Assembly (NCBI GenBank): GCA_965222075.1
Contig: OZ244937.1
Coordinates: 4,736,001-4,800,000, forward strand
Direction of reading: 5' to 3'
DNA length: 64,000 bases
Source of the DNA: Candidatus Latescibacterota bacterium
GTDB lineage: Bacteria > Latescibacterota > UBA2968 > GCA-2709665
Shown: one piece after another, positions 1 through 9,843 of the stretch
Layout: each line of letters begins with the position of its first letter
Position numbering within the stretch: the stretch's first letter is position 1
The notes under the pieces: generated by a model
What the model saw: the letters and a program-made list of their open reading frames with translations, nothing else
Database searches by the model: none
Told to the model about the DNA's origin: nothing
Made by a program: the position numbers and the translations under genes

Positions 1-2
1 AC

Positions 3-986
3 ATCGGCGGCCAGCCGCCCCAATGGCGGCTCTACAAACCCGTCAGGGAGCGCTTCCTGGAAGTCTGCTCGGGCTTCGGCTGCGCCGAATGGCTCCTGCA
101 GAAAGCCCTGAACCTGGGCTACCGGCCGGGCGTCTGCGCCGCCTCTGACCTGCACCTGGGCCTCATGGGAGGCCCGCGTGCCGTGGAGCCCTTCAGGGGG
201 AGATTCAGCCAGAAATACCCCATGAGGCATCGGGACTCCGCCTACGGCACCGGTCCGGTCACAGCCATTGCCGCAGCCGAGCTAAACCGGGAGGCCCTCT
301 GGTCCGCCATGGAAGGCAGGCAGACCTACGCCACCAGCGGTGCCCGCATCTACCTCCGAGTGACATGCAACGGTATCCCATCCGGCGCCGAAATCGACCT
401 GACCGACGAACTTCAGGTCGCCATCGTCTGCCACGCCTGCGCCCCTCTGGACCGGATCGACCTGATCGTCGGTGACTACTGTCTGAAATCCTGGCATCCT
501 GACGGCATGGACTTCGCACAAAACATCACTTTCTCTGCCGCCGACCTCCCCGGCGACTGGGTCTACGTGAGGGTACATCAGACCGACAACGAATACGCCT
601 GGTCCTCCCCCGTCTATCTCGAACGCCAGGGACCGTTCACCCCGCCGGGCGACCTTCCTCGCTGGAACGAGCAGGAGGAGATCGATTTGGACGCCATCGG
701 TGAAAACGACGCCAGTTCTTATCTGCCCGACCTGCAGCACTACCTGAAACTGGAAGAAGATCCGGAGCGCTTCCAGAAGCTCTCACCCATAGGGGTTGTC
801 GAGCAATTTGTCGGGCGCTGCGCCCTCTTCTACTGCTACTGGGGGGAAGAGAAACTCCGCATGAGCATCCGCTGGTTCTTCGAATTCGAAATCCCCAGAA
901 TTCGCTACGATTTCGGCTGGCAGGACTTCGGCGCCTTCGATGAAAACGACCTGGGTCCTGAACTCATGGACAAATATGGGACCTGA
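3..986 (+). CDS. PHP-like metallohydrolase (DUF3604/CehA-McbA type), 5'-truncated by window edge
   Basis: Frame is open from position 3 (IGGQPPQW...GYRPGVCAASDLHLG); G..A.SD.H motif, then 'REALWSAMEGRQTYATSG' and 'YVRVHQTDNEYAWSSPVY', typical of the family C-terminus. Confidence 0.7.
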   Translation: MGGQPPQWRLYKPVRERFLEVCSGFGCAEWLLQKALNLGYRPGVCAASDLHLGLMGGPRAVEPFRGRFSQKYPMRHRDSAYGTGPVTAIAAAELNREALWSAMEGRQTYATSGARIYLRVTCNGIPSGAEIDLTDELQVAIVCHACAPLDRIDLIVGDYCLKSWHPDGMDFAQNITFSAADLPGDWVYVRVHQTDNEYAWSSPVYLERQGPFTPPGDLPRWNEQEEIDLDAIGENDASSYLPDLQHYLKLEEDPERFQKLSPIGVVEQFVGRCALFYCYWGEEKLRMSIRWFFEFEIPRIRYDFGWQDFGAFDENDLGPELMDKYGT

Positions 987-1020
987 CCCCCCGGCCCCTT
1001 TTACCCCAGGAGGAAATCCG

Positions 1021-2253
1021 ATGCTTGCAATCGACGGCGGAGAGAAAATCCGCAAGGCCCCGTTTCCCAAGCGGCACCTGTTGGGCGAGGAGGAAAAACA
1101 GGCGGCTGTGTCGCTCTTCGATCAGGCCATTGAAAGTGGAAACGTCTTCGGCTACGGCGGCCCTGAAGAACAGGCCTACGAGCAGGAATTTGCGGAGTAT
1201 ATGGGAGGAGGTTATGCAGATCTGGTCAACTCGGGCACCTCTGCACTCTACACGGCCCTGGGCGCCCTGGAGCTGGACGTCGCCGGCGAAGTGATCGTCC
1301 CGGTCATCTCCGACCACGGCGGCGTCATGCCCGCTGCCCTGCTCAACCAGGTACCCGTGCTGGCCGACACCCAACCGGGCTCGTACAACATCGGTCCGAA
1401 ACAGATCGAAGCCCTCTTAACCCCGCGCACCCGGGCCATCGTCGTCGCGCACATCTCCGGAGAGCCTGTAGATATGGACCCGGTCCTGGAACTGGCCCAG
1501 CAGCGCAGCATCCCCGTCGTCGAGGACTGCGCCCAGGCCCACGGCGCAACCTATACGGGCAGACGGGTAGGCACCATGGGCACCATCGGAATCTTCTCAA
1601 CCATGAGCGGCAAGCACCACGCCACGGCCGCTCAGGGAGGCGTCGTATTCACGCAAGACGAGGACCTCTACTGGCGTATCAAGAGGTTTTCGGACCGGTG
1701 CAAACCGTTCAACACCGACGCTACCAGCAATCTCAGAGCCGGCCTCAACCTCAACGGCAACGACCTGTCCGCCGCCGTCGGCCGCGTGCAGCTGCGCAAG
1801 CTCCCGGCAATCACCCAAAAACGCCAGCAGGTCGCCCACGGAATCCGGGAAGGAATCGCCCACCTCCAGGCCATCTCCGTCGGCTGGCAGGTCCCAAACA
1901 CCGAATCCGTCTACTGGTTCATGCGCATCCACGTGGACGCCTCCAAGCTGACCGCGAACAAAAACAAAGTAGCCGCCGCCATATCCGCTGAGGGCATCCC
2001 CCTGTCCGTCTACTACGGCCGCATCATCTCCGAAACCACCTGGTTCCGCGAACGAAAAGTCTTCGGCGCCAGCGACTACCCCTGGGGCTTAGAGGAATAC
2101 AAAGGGGACCGCAACGCCCAATTCCCCTGCCCCAACGCCGTGGAAGCCAGAGAGACCCACTTCGCCCTGAGAATCCACGAAAGCTGGGGCGAACAGGAAG
2201 TGGAAGACACGGCAAAGGCCTTTGAGAAAGTCGAGAATGCCTATCTGAAATGA
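1021..2253 (+). CDS. DegT/DnrJ/EryC1/StrS family PLP-dependent aminotransferase
   Basis: LAIDGG start, 'VNSGTSAL', 'VVEDCAQAHGA', PLP-lysine region 'FSTMSGKHH..QGG'; SD AGGAGG before ATG 1021. Confidence 0.92.
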   Translation: MLAIDGGEKIRKAPFPKRHLLGEEEKQAAVSLFDQAIESGNVFGYGGPEEQAYEQEFAEYMGGGYADLVNSGTSALYTALGALELDVAGEVIVPVISDHGGVMPAALLNQVPVLADTQPGSYNIGPKQIEALLTPRTRAIVVAHISGEPVDMDPVLELAQQRSIPVVEDCAQAHGATYTGRRVGTMGTIGIFSTMSGKHHATAAQGGVVFTQDEDLYWRIKRFSDRCKPFNTDATSNLRAGLNLNGNDLSAAVGRVQLRKLPAITQKRQQVAHGIREGIAHLQAISVGWQVPNTESVYWFMRIHVDASKLTANKNKVAAAISAEGIPLSVYYGRIISETTWFRERKVFGASDYPWGLEEYKGDRNAQFPCPNAVEARETHFALRIHESWGEQEVEDTAKAFEKVENAYLK

Positions 2254-2306
2254 GAAGGGGTGCACCCGCGTATGCGCCCTGCGAGGCTCTAAAGGAGGAC
2301 TCTTCA

Positions 2307-5300
2307 GTGTCAACCGATAGCACGCAGAGAAAACAGGAATACATCAAGCGAGTCACCCGGGGCGAGGGCTTCATGCCCTGGCAGAAGCAGGAGCATGTCT
2401 CCTATCCCGAGGTGGAATTCCGGGAGGTAATGGAGAAACGCAAAGAGGACATGCTCGCCCGCAGGACAACGGTCAAACACCCCATATTCCTGACCGAAAA
2501 ACAGATCGACCAGGCCCGCCGGAACATCCAGAACGCGGAATGGGCCGGGAGATGGTTCGAGAACATCCGCACGGTTGCCGACCATGTCGCCGGACAATCC
2601 GGTGGATATATCGAACACATGGTACCAGAGCTGACCCCCACCAACCCCTACGGCCTCACCTGTCCCAATTGCGTGGGGAAAAAATCGCAGGAAGGCCTCG
2701 CCTACAGATCCATCGAATGGGACTACCGCACCCCAGACCTCATCCGCTGCTCCGCCTGCGGCCAGACCTACCCGGACCCCGATTACCCTGAAACGGCCCA
2801 GCTCATCTGTCCCCGAACGGGGCAGACCTTCACCTACTATTTCAACGATGAGGAACGGAAGCACCCCGAAGATCGCAGTGGCAAATACGCGTGGAAGTGG
2901 GTCGGCAAACCCATCCACGCCAGCTTCACCGGCTTTATGAGAGGCCAAAAAATCGGCTTCATGACCTCGGCGCTGCGAAGCCTGGCGCTGTCCTACCGCT
3001 TTATGGACGACCCGAAATACGCCGAAACGGCGCTGCGCATCCTGGAACGCCTCGCCGCCTGTTACCGCAACTGGCTCTACCACGACTTCTACGACACAGT
3101 CGCAGACTGCGACCCCCTCTATGCCGCCTGGAACGCCATGACCCTGAAACTGGAGTGGAAACGGCACCTCAGCGCCATGGCCTACGGCAACAGCCGGTAT
3201 GAAACAGGCCCCGTGAACGACACCTTCGGTCAGGCAAAGATGCTGGCCACCTACTTCGGCTGCGGCCGGATCCATCCCAGCGTCGACGGAATCTCATCGC
3301 ACCTGATCGACATCTGCCTGGCCTACGACTTGGTCCACGACGCTACGGATGGAGATGGAAAACCCATCTGGACGGAGGAAAAGCGCGCCCGCATCGAAAA
3401 AGGGCTGATCCTCGAATACATCAACACCGCCGAACCCTTCGTGGGTGGGATCGGCAATCCCCCAGACCTCGGCAACAAATCCCCTTCCGTCTACCGCGCC
3501 CAGGCAGCGGTCGGCAGGTGCCTGGGCCTCTCCCATTACGCCGACGCTGCCCTGCGGGGCTATGAAGGGTTGCGTGACAAATCCTTTATCTACGACGGAT
3601 TCAGCAAAGAAAGCCCGTCCTACACCAACATGTACCTGACCAGTCTTATATGGATTCCCGAAACCCTTCACGGTTTCCGCTGGCCGAAAAACATCCCGGG
3701 CCGCACCGGCGCCGTGAACCTCTACAAAACCGACCCCAAACTCCGTCTCATCCTTCAGGCCACCGTTGATCAACTCCGTCCCGACGGTCGCTACCTCCCC
3801 CTGTCGGACACCGTGGAAGACGGAGAGCCCCGCATGCACATCTTCGAGATCGGACTGAAGCGTTATCCCCGAATTTTCTCCGGCAAGCTTCACACCCTCT
3901 ACCGCGGGCGTACGCCCACCGAGTATGCCATTCTGAATCTGGATGCTGCCAAACTGGAAAAGACGGCAGACCTGGACCTTCCGGAAATTCTCTTCCCCGC
4001 CTGGATGACTGCGGTCCTCCGCCACGGGTCCGAACCGGACGCCACCGTTCTTGCCCTGCCCTTCAACCCCCCCGGCGGCCACCGTCAGGCGGACAACCTA
4101 TCACTCTACTACGTGGACTGTGGCCAGACCGTACTCGGCGAACTGGGCTATGTGGGGGATTCGCCGATGAACGCCTGGGTCAGGGGCACCACGCTCAGCC
4201 ACAACCTGGTCATCGTAGACGACCAGGAACAGCGGTTCCAGGCCGAAGGGCAAGAGCGGAAACCAGGCTTACGTTTCATGGCCACCTCACCGCGTGTATC
4301 GGTCGTAGAAGCGTCCTCTAAAGTATACCCGCAATGCACCGGCTACCGCCGGCTCGTCGCCCTCATCAAAGGCCCCGGTGCTCAGACGGTCGCCCTGGAC
4401 CTCTTCCGGGTCCGTGGCGGAAACAAACACGCCTACCGCCTGTTCAGCGAACTGGCCGCCAGCGACTCTGACAATGGCGGCCTGGAGTTCACCAATCTGG
4501 CCATGCCGCCCGAACCGCCCCTCCCCAACTTCGGCTCCAGCATCGACCGCGAACACATCTTCGGCCTGCGGGACACGCGCCGGGTCGAGCATCCCCCACC
4601 CTCCTGGCAGGCCGTGTGGAAGCAGACGGACCGCCAGTACCGGCTCCACATGCTCTCGCAGGTCAACGCGGTAGAGGCCTCCAACGGCCCGGGCCAGGAA
4701 ACCCTGGAGCAGATCGGCCGCCGCGTGCGTTTTCTGGACGCGGTAAACACCGGCAAGGACCTGTCCAGTACCTTCGTCGTCCTCCACGAACCCAGTGGAC
4801 CTCAGCAAGCTATGTCCGTCCAGAATGCCCTGTGTCTCGCGGTTCCGGAACAAGCCGGACCGGATGCAGTAGCCGTCTGCATTGAATCAGACTGGGGAAC
4901 CTGTTGGGTATTCAGCGACGTGGAGGGTGAGGTGGAAATCGACGGCATCCGCTTCCAGGGAACCTTCGGTGTCTACGGCAGAACGCCGCAGAACCGGTCC
5001 TGGTATTTCACCATTGGCGCATCCACCCTCCAACACGGCGAATCTGGTTTTGCACACCAGCCTGCCGCCTGGTCAGGCCGCGTGGTCGGGCAAACCGAAA
5101 TCGAATTACAATCGGATACCCCCGCGCCGGACGGCTGGCCCCCACTCCCCAAAGGCGCGGCAACCTGGGTCGCCGTAGACACAGAATCGTATCGTACCGG
5201 GTTTCCGGTCGCCACAGTCCAGGACAATCGAATTGGTGTGGAACGCTTCCCGCTACAGCCCGCTACAGCCTTTGAACTGCTTGCTGTAAAGTATGCTGAG

Positions 5301-5318
5301 AACGAATTTCCGACGTGA
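2307..5318 (+). CDS. Heparinase II/III-like protein (alginate-lyase-like toroid plus beta-sandwich) with N-terminal Cys4 motif
   Basis: 'ESPSY', 'GGHRQADNLSL', 'ELGY', 'TLSHNLVIVD', 'DLFRVRGG..H.Y'; CPNC...CSAC; start placed at GTG 2307 after AAGGAGG. Confidence 0.8.
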   Translation: MSTDSTQRKQEYIKRVTRGEGFMPWQKQEHVSYPEVEFREVMEKRKEDMLARRTTVKHPIFLTEKQIDQARRNIQNAEWAGRWFENIRTVADHVAGQSGGYIEHMVPELTPTNPYGLTCPNCVGKKSQEGLAYRSIEWDYRTPDLIRCSACGQTYPDPDYPETAQLICPRTGQTFTYYFNDEERKHPEDRSGKYAWKWVGKPIHASFTGFMRGQKIGFMTSALRSLALSYRFMDDPKYAETALRILERLAACYRNWLYHDFYDTVADCDPLYAAWNAMTLKLEWKRHLSAMAYGNSRYETGPVNDTFGQAKMLATYFGCGRIHPSVDGISSHLIDICLAYDLVHDATDGDGKPIWTEEKRARIEKGLILEYINTAEPFVGGIGNPPDLGNKSPSVYRAQAAVGRCLGLSHYADAALRGYEGLRDKSFIYDGFSKESPSYTNMYLTSLIWIPETLHGFRWPKNIPGRTGAVNLYKTDPKLRLILQATVDQLRPDGRYLPLSDTVEDGEPRMHIFEIGLKRYPRIFSGKLHTLYRGRTPTEYAILNLDAAKLEKTADLDLPEILFPAWMTAVLRHGSEPDATVLALPFNPPGGHRQADNLSLYYVDCGQTVLGELGYVGDSPMNAWVRGTTLSHNLVIVDDQEQRFQAEGQERKPGLRFMATSPRVSVVEASSKVYPQCTGYRRLVALIKGPGAQTVALDLFRVRGGNKHAYRLFSELAASDSDNGGLEFTNLAMPPEPPLPNFGSSIDREHIFGLRDTRRVEHPPPSWQAVWKQTDRQYRLHMLSQVNAVEASNGPGQETLEQIGRRVRFLDAVNTGKDLSSTFVVLHEPSGPQQAMSVQNALCLAVPEQAGPDAVAVCIESDWGTCWVFSDVEGEVEIDGIRFQGTFGVYGRTPQNRSWYFTIGASTLQHGESGFAHQPAAWSGRVVGQTEIELQSDTPAPDGWPPLPKGAATWVAVDTESYRTGFPVATVQDNRIGVERFPLQPATAFELLAVKYAENEFPT

Positions 5319-5407
5319 CAAATCAGGGAGGTGGAAATGGAGTGGATTGACGCAAGCTGCAAGGGGGGAAGCGCCCGGAATTCGGGCACGCCCACCGTTT
5401 GGGCTGG

Positions 5408-8400
5408 ATGAGAAAAATTCGGATGGGAGGACTCATTATGGCAACTCTACCGGCGCAGGCCGGGAGCGAACGCACCTACTACACAGACGCCAGGCTGGCC
5501 ATTCTGAAAAGGAACCTGGAACAGTACGGATGGGCACAGAAAAAGCGAGACAAAATTTTCGCTGCCGCAGATCGATGGGCTAAATACGACGATGAAAAGC
5601 TGCGCTCCATCGTCATCCCGCCCCGGGTCCCTCGAGGGTATCAGGTCAACAACTTCGGGTGTCCCGTGCACGGCGTAAAGGTCCACGAGCAGGGCCTCTA
5701 CAAATGGATCATCGATTTTGACAACCCATTTAAAGTCAAATGTCCCGCAGGCGGCGAAGCATATCCGTCCAACGACTTCGCCAGGTACCTGGAATCGGAC
5801 ATGGTCGACCGGTCGCTCTTAACCGGTCCATACCCCGACGACGGCTGGGGCTGGCCCAAGCCGGGAGAGGAAGAACACTACTGGTTTGTGGCGTACTACA
5901 CCCACTGGAGCATGCATCAATTTTTACCGGCTTCAATCACCAGCTTAAGCAAAGCCGCCCTCCTCTCCGAAGATCTCGAACAGGCCGGGAGATACGCGCA
6001 CAAATGTGCCCTCATCCTGTGGCAGCTGTCCGTCTACTACCCCGGGTACGCTTACGAAAAACAGTCTCGGGAAGGCCAGGCGCGTTCTGATTACAAAGGC
6101 AAGCTCTTCAATGCGATCTGGGAAGTCGACGTACCGGTCTACTGCGCCCCTGCGTATGACGCGGTGCGCCCCTTTCTAAAGCAGGATACTGCGCTTCAAA
6201 AACTGGCTGGAAAAACAGCGGAGGAAATCGATGCGATGATCCGCGAACGCCTGCTCCTGGAGGCCGCGACCTGCATCACCGACCGGTCTCGCCGCATTAG
6301 AGGCAACTACGGCAGCCACCAGTGGGCGCTCGTCATTCTTTCGCAGGTCCTGAATGAGAATGCAATACATCCCACATCCGAAGAGATGATTCAGTACGTG
6401 CTTGCCAACCCGAACATCGACCTTTACACGGACCTGGGCATTCGAGACGCCCTGGAAAACCTCATCTACCGCGACGGCATGCCCTTTGAATCCCCCGGGT
6501 ACAACAGGGGCTGGGTGTCGCACCTTACGGACGTGGCGGAAGCGCTCATAAATGTTGGCGTGAACCTTTTCGAGACGCCCCGCTTCAAAAAACTCCTGAC
6601 CTGGTCATTTGAAATCCAGGTGGCAGGCCAATTTACGCCATCCCACGGAGATACCGGCGACATGTTTGCCCGGGGCGCCATGTGGAGCCCCGATGTCTGC
6701 CGAATCGTACTCCCACACATCCGGGACCCGCGCATGGCCCGGGTCCTCAGATCGGACGGCGGTCTGGAAAACGACCTCTTCGACGAACCTTCGGACGACC
6801 TCCTCGCCCAATTCCCCGAAGCCGAAATACCGCTGATAGGATTAAATACCTTCCATTTTCCGGCCTATGGTCTGGCCAATCTGCAGTGCGGCAGCGAGGA
6901 AAACCGCACGGCGGTCTCCTTCTTCTACGGCTCTCACGGGGCGCATATGCACCACGACCAGCTAAACCTCTCTCTCTTCTCTCAGGGCAACGCCCTGCTC
7001 ACCGACATCGGTTATCCCGAACAGACCGATCCGTTCAACCACAAACGCTACGGATTCTTCAACAACACCATTGCCCACAACACCGTCGTGGTAGACGCCG
7101 TCAAACAGGGCCGTGGCCCGGGCAAACTCCACGCCTTCCAACCCAACGGCTTCGCGCAGGTCGTGGATGCCTCCTGCGAGGGCGCTTACCCGAACAAAGT
7201 CGACCTCTACCGCAGGGCTAACATGCTCGTGCAGGTAACGCCCACTCAAAGCTACCTGTTCGACGCCTTCTACGTACGGGGCGGCCATCAGCACGATTAT
7301 TCCGTCCACGGCACCCAGGCTGAATTCTTCTGTGACCCTCCCCTCGGACCCGTTCAGGAAAATGGAACCCTGGCGGGGCCGGATGTGCCATACGAACACT
7401 TCTACGACGCCCCTGAACTTAAAGACAGGCCGCTGGGCAGCGTCCCTTATGGAGGTTACCGGGGCAGCGGATACCAGTTCCTCACCGGCGTGCGGAGAGC
7501 CCCGTTAAGAGGAGAAGCCGTCTGTGAGTGGCGCCTCACCGAACCAAAAGAGGGCCAGCCCGAGCGCGCCTGGCAAGGCATTGGCCTTCGGGCCCATCTC
7601 GTGGGAGAAAGTGAAGAACTCATTGCCTGCGATGGTCCGGTCCAGAAATACGACTACCTGCCCAAAACCGTGAAATTTTTGATCCGGCGTCGAACCGGAC
7701 GCAACCTGGCGAGCACCTTCGCCACCCTCTACGAACCCTACAAAGATCAACCCTGGATCGAGCGTGTGTCTCAGACGGAGCTTGAACCGGATGACGGCCG
7801 GGCCGTCGCTGTGCTTGTCGAGCTAACAGACGGCGGCAGGCACTACCTCTTCCATTCGCTGGCTCCCAACCAGACGTATACGCTTGACAACAGGGTCAAT
7901 GTTGAAGGACAGGCGGCCTGTCTTGTGCTGGACGGAGGAGGGGATGCCGTCAGGGCCATGCTCCTGAACGGAGTGGAACTGGCGATGGGCGACTTCTCGC
8001 TGAAGGGAAAGGGCCTGCGCCGGAGCAAAATCGTCTCGGTAGACTACGATGGTGGGACCGTTGAAATCGCCGATCCCCTGCTGCACGGAGACCTGCTCCC
8101 CGGTCAGACCATCCTCGTCGCGCCGGACGGCTTTGCGGACTGCGTCACCCTGCAGAAAGTAATCAGCAAAACCCGTTTCTCGATAGGCAATGAAGACCTG
8201 CGGGTCGCCGGAGGACCAATCATAGACATTCGCCCCGGAGAAAATCAGATCCTCTCCGGCGCGACCAACCCCCATGCGCAAATTGGCATGACAGTGTTTA
8301 ACAGCCGCAAAGCGCCTCAGGGACGGCTTGCCGAAAAGATCGAATCGGGCTGGACGCTGGACCGGACCGGCCTCGGTCCCCTTAAGCCGGAGGACTTCCC

Positions 8401-8500
8401 AAAGGCCAAAGGCGACCGGACCCCGCGATATTCGGTGGTCATGGCCGCCCCAGGCGATGAGGTGTGTATCCCTCACCTGACTCAGTTCCAGCGCCGGTGA
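5408..8500 (+). CDS. Heparinase II/III-like protein
   Basis: 'FESPGYN', 'HGAHMHHDQLNL', 'DIGYP', 'TIAHNTVVVD', 'DAFYVRGGHQHDYSVHG'; start 5408 (possible AQA signal peptide) or 5438. Confidence 0.8.
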   Translation: MRKIRMGGLIMATLPAQAGSERTYYTDARLAILKRNLEQYGWAQKKRDKIFAAADRWAKYDDEKLRSIVIPPRVPRGYQVNNFGCPVHGVKVHEQGLYKWIIDFDNPFKVKCPAGGEAYPSNDFARYLESDMVDRSLLTGPYPDDGWGWPKPGEEEHYWFVAYYTHWSMHQFLPASITSLSKAALLSEDLEQAGRYAHKCALILWQLSVYYPGYAYEKQSREGQARSDYKGKLFNAIWEVDVPVYCAPAYDAVRPFLKQDTALQKLAGKTAEEIDAMIRERLLLEAATCITDRSRRIRGNYGSHQWALVILSQVLNENAIHPTSEEMIQYVLANPNIDLYTDLGIRDALENLIYRDGMPFESPGYNRGWVSHLTDVAEALINVGVNLFETPRFKKLLTWSFEIQVAGQFTPSHGDTGDMFARGAMWSPDVCRIVLPHIRDPRMARVLRSDGGLENDLFDEPSDDLLAQFPEAEIPLIGLNTFHFPAYGLANLQCGSEENRTAVSFFYGSHGAHMHHDQLNLSLFSQGNALLTDIGYPEQTDPFNHKRYGFFNNTIAHNTVVVDAVKQGRGPGKLHAFQPNGFAQVVDASCEGAYPNKVDLYRRANMLVQVTPTQSYLFDAFYVRGGHQHDYSVHGTQAEFFCDPPLGPVQENGTLAGPDVPYEHFYDAPELKDRPLGSVPYGGYRGSGYQFLTGVRRAPLRGEAVCEWRLTEPKEGQPERAWQGIGLRAHLVGESEELIACDGPVQKYDYLPKTVKFLIRRRTGRNLASTFATLYEPYKDQPWIERVSQTELEPDDGRAVAVLVELTDGGRHYLFHSLAPNQTYTLDNRVNVEGQAACLVLDGGGDAVRAMLLNGVELAMGDFSLKGKGLRRSKIVSVDYDGGTVEIADPLLHGDLLPGQTILVAPDGFADCVTLQKVISKTRFSIGNEDLRVAGGPIIDIRPGENQILSGATNPHAQIGMTVFNSRKAPQGRLAEKIESGWTLDRTGLGPLKPEDFPKAKGDRTPRYSVVMAAPGDEVCIPHLTQFQRR

Positions 8501-8516
8501 ATCCTGAAACTTATTC

Positions 8517-9809
8517 TCAGGCCAGCAGCTCCTGAAGCGCCTGCGTTAAGATCGCTTCGCACTCGGGCGACACGAACGCGTCCGTCGGCTCGTACCCGCC
8601 TTCCTCGTACGATTTCTCCATCGGAATATAGCCCGTCCCGCAGTCCCCGTAAGACGCCACGGCCACAAATCGGTCCGGCTGAAGCTCCTGCGAGAGGAGC
8701 TGGTATTCGATGAAAGCCTCTCCGGGAAGATTCACGATACAGATCCGGTCGCCTAAGAACAGACCCGTCAGCGGAATCGCCGCTCCCGACCCGACATAGT
8801 GCATATACTCGATTCGCAGCGCCATCTTGTACCGCCGGTTATTCGTCTGCGTGGTATTGTTCAGCACCTCCTGCAGTTCCTCTTCGCTATATCGCGTATC
8901 CGCTGGCAGGAACAGAGGGACAGTCCGCCATTCCAGGCGCTCAACGCTGACGCGTTCGGCCTCCTGCTCGGCCTGGACCATTGCCCTGTACATGCGCGCT
9001 TCAAAAATCGGCCGGTTCTCCGGCGATCCGTCGTTGTACTTTCCCGGCCCAATGTTGCCTGCGCAGCCCGTAAAGTAAATGTGTTCCGCGCCGCTATCTT
9101 CGGCGATCCGCCGTTCCCGGGCGTGCCCAATAAATTCCTTGTTCACCCAACCGTCCGCGTAGTAACTGCAGGGATGGACGGCGTAATAGTGCAGCACCGC
9201 CAGCTTCGTATCGCCGTTCCAGAAACTGATCGCCTTGAGCATCGGATCGATCAGCCCCTCCGGCTCGGCGCGAATCGCCGGATCTTCGCATCGGGTGTAG
9301 CGCACCGCTTTCACCTTCCCGTCGGGTCCCATAATACGCCGGTTGGACGCCACCCTTTCCACCTCTGCCTCTCCCAGGCAAGCATGCGTAACCGGCTGCA
9401 CCCTTCCCAACGCATCCCTCACCGCATCAGCCACGCGATCGATTGTGCCGTGGCACCATTCCACATCCATTAAATCGGGAAGGCCCTCCGTCTGAGCGAC
9501 CAGTTCCTGCGCGCCGATGTCGGGCCAGACCGCATCGTGCTGGTGCCCGCATTGGACCGCCACCCGCTCCTGCGTGGTACCGGCCGCCCCGGCCAGCCTT
9601 TCCCTCCACAGCGTATGTTCCCGGTTGGACAGTTCGCACCAGTCTAAGGCGCAGAGCACCACCGGCGCCTCTTCCCCCACAAGCACAACCCCAAGCGCAT
9701 ACAACTCGTCCGTTATGCCCACGGCAGACTTGATCCAGCCGGCGCAAAGCGGATGCCCGACAGGCGGTGTGATATCAACGCGGAATGTTGCGAGTCGAAG
9801 CTGTGACAT
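8517..9809 (-). CDS. Neutral/alkaline ceramidase N-terminal-like protein (putative Zn deacylase)
   Basis: 'VDITPPVG', 'HQHDA', 'HYYAVHP', 'FTGCAGNI', 'LPGEAFIEYQ', 'GYIP...YEEGGYEP'. Confidence 0.75.
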   Translation of the reverse strand: MSQLRLATFRVDITPPVGHPLCAGWIKSAVGITDELYALGVVLVGEEAPVVLCALDWCELSNREHTLWRERLAGAAGTTQERVAVQCGHQHDAVWPDIGAQELVAQTEGLPDLMDVEWCHGTIDRVADAVRDALGRVQPVTHACLGEAEVERVASNRRIMGPDGKVKAVRYTRCEDPAIRAEPEGLIDPMLKAISFWNGDTKLAVLHYYAVHPCSYYADGWVNKEFIGHARERRIAEDSGAEHIYFTGCAGNIGPGKYNDGSPENRPIFEARMYRAMVQAEQEAERVSVERLEWRTVPLFLPADTRYSEEELQEVLNNTTQTNNRRYKMALRIEYMHYVGSGAAIPLTGLFLGDRICIVNLPGEAFIEYQLLSQELQPDRFVAVASYGDCGTGYIPMEKSYEEGGYEPTDAFVSPECEAILTQALQELLA

Positions 9810-9843
9810 GGGAATCTCCTCCTTGAGTCAAACGCTATTGCCG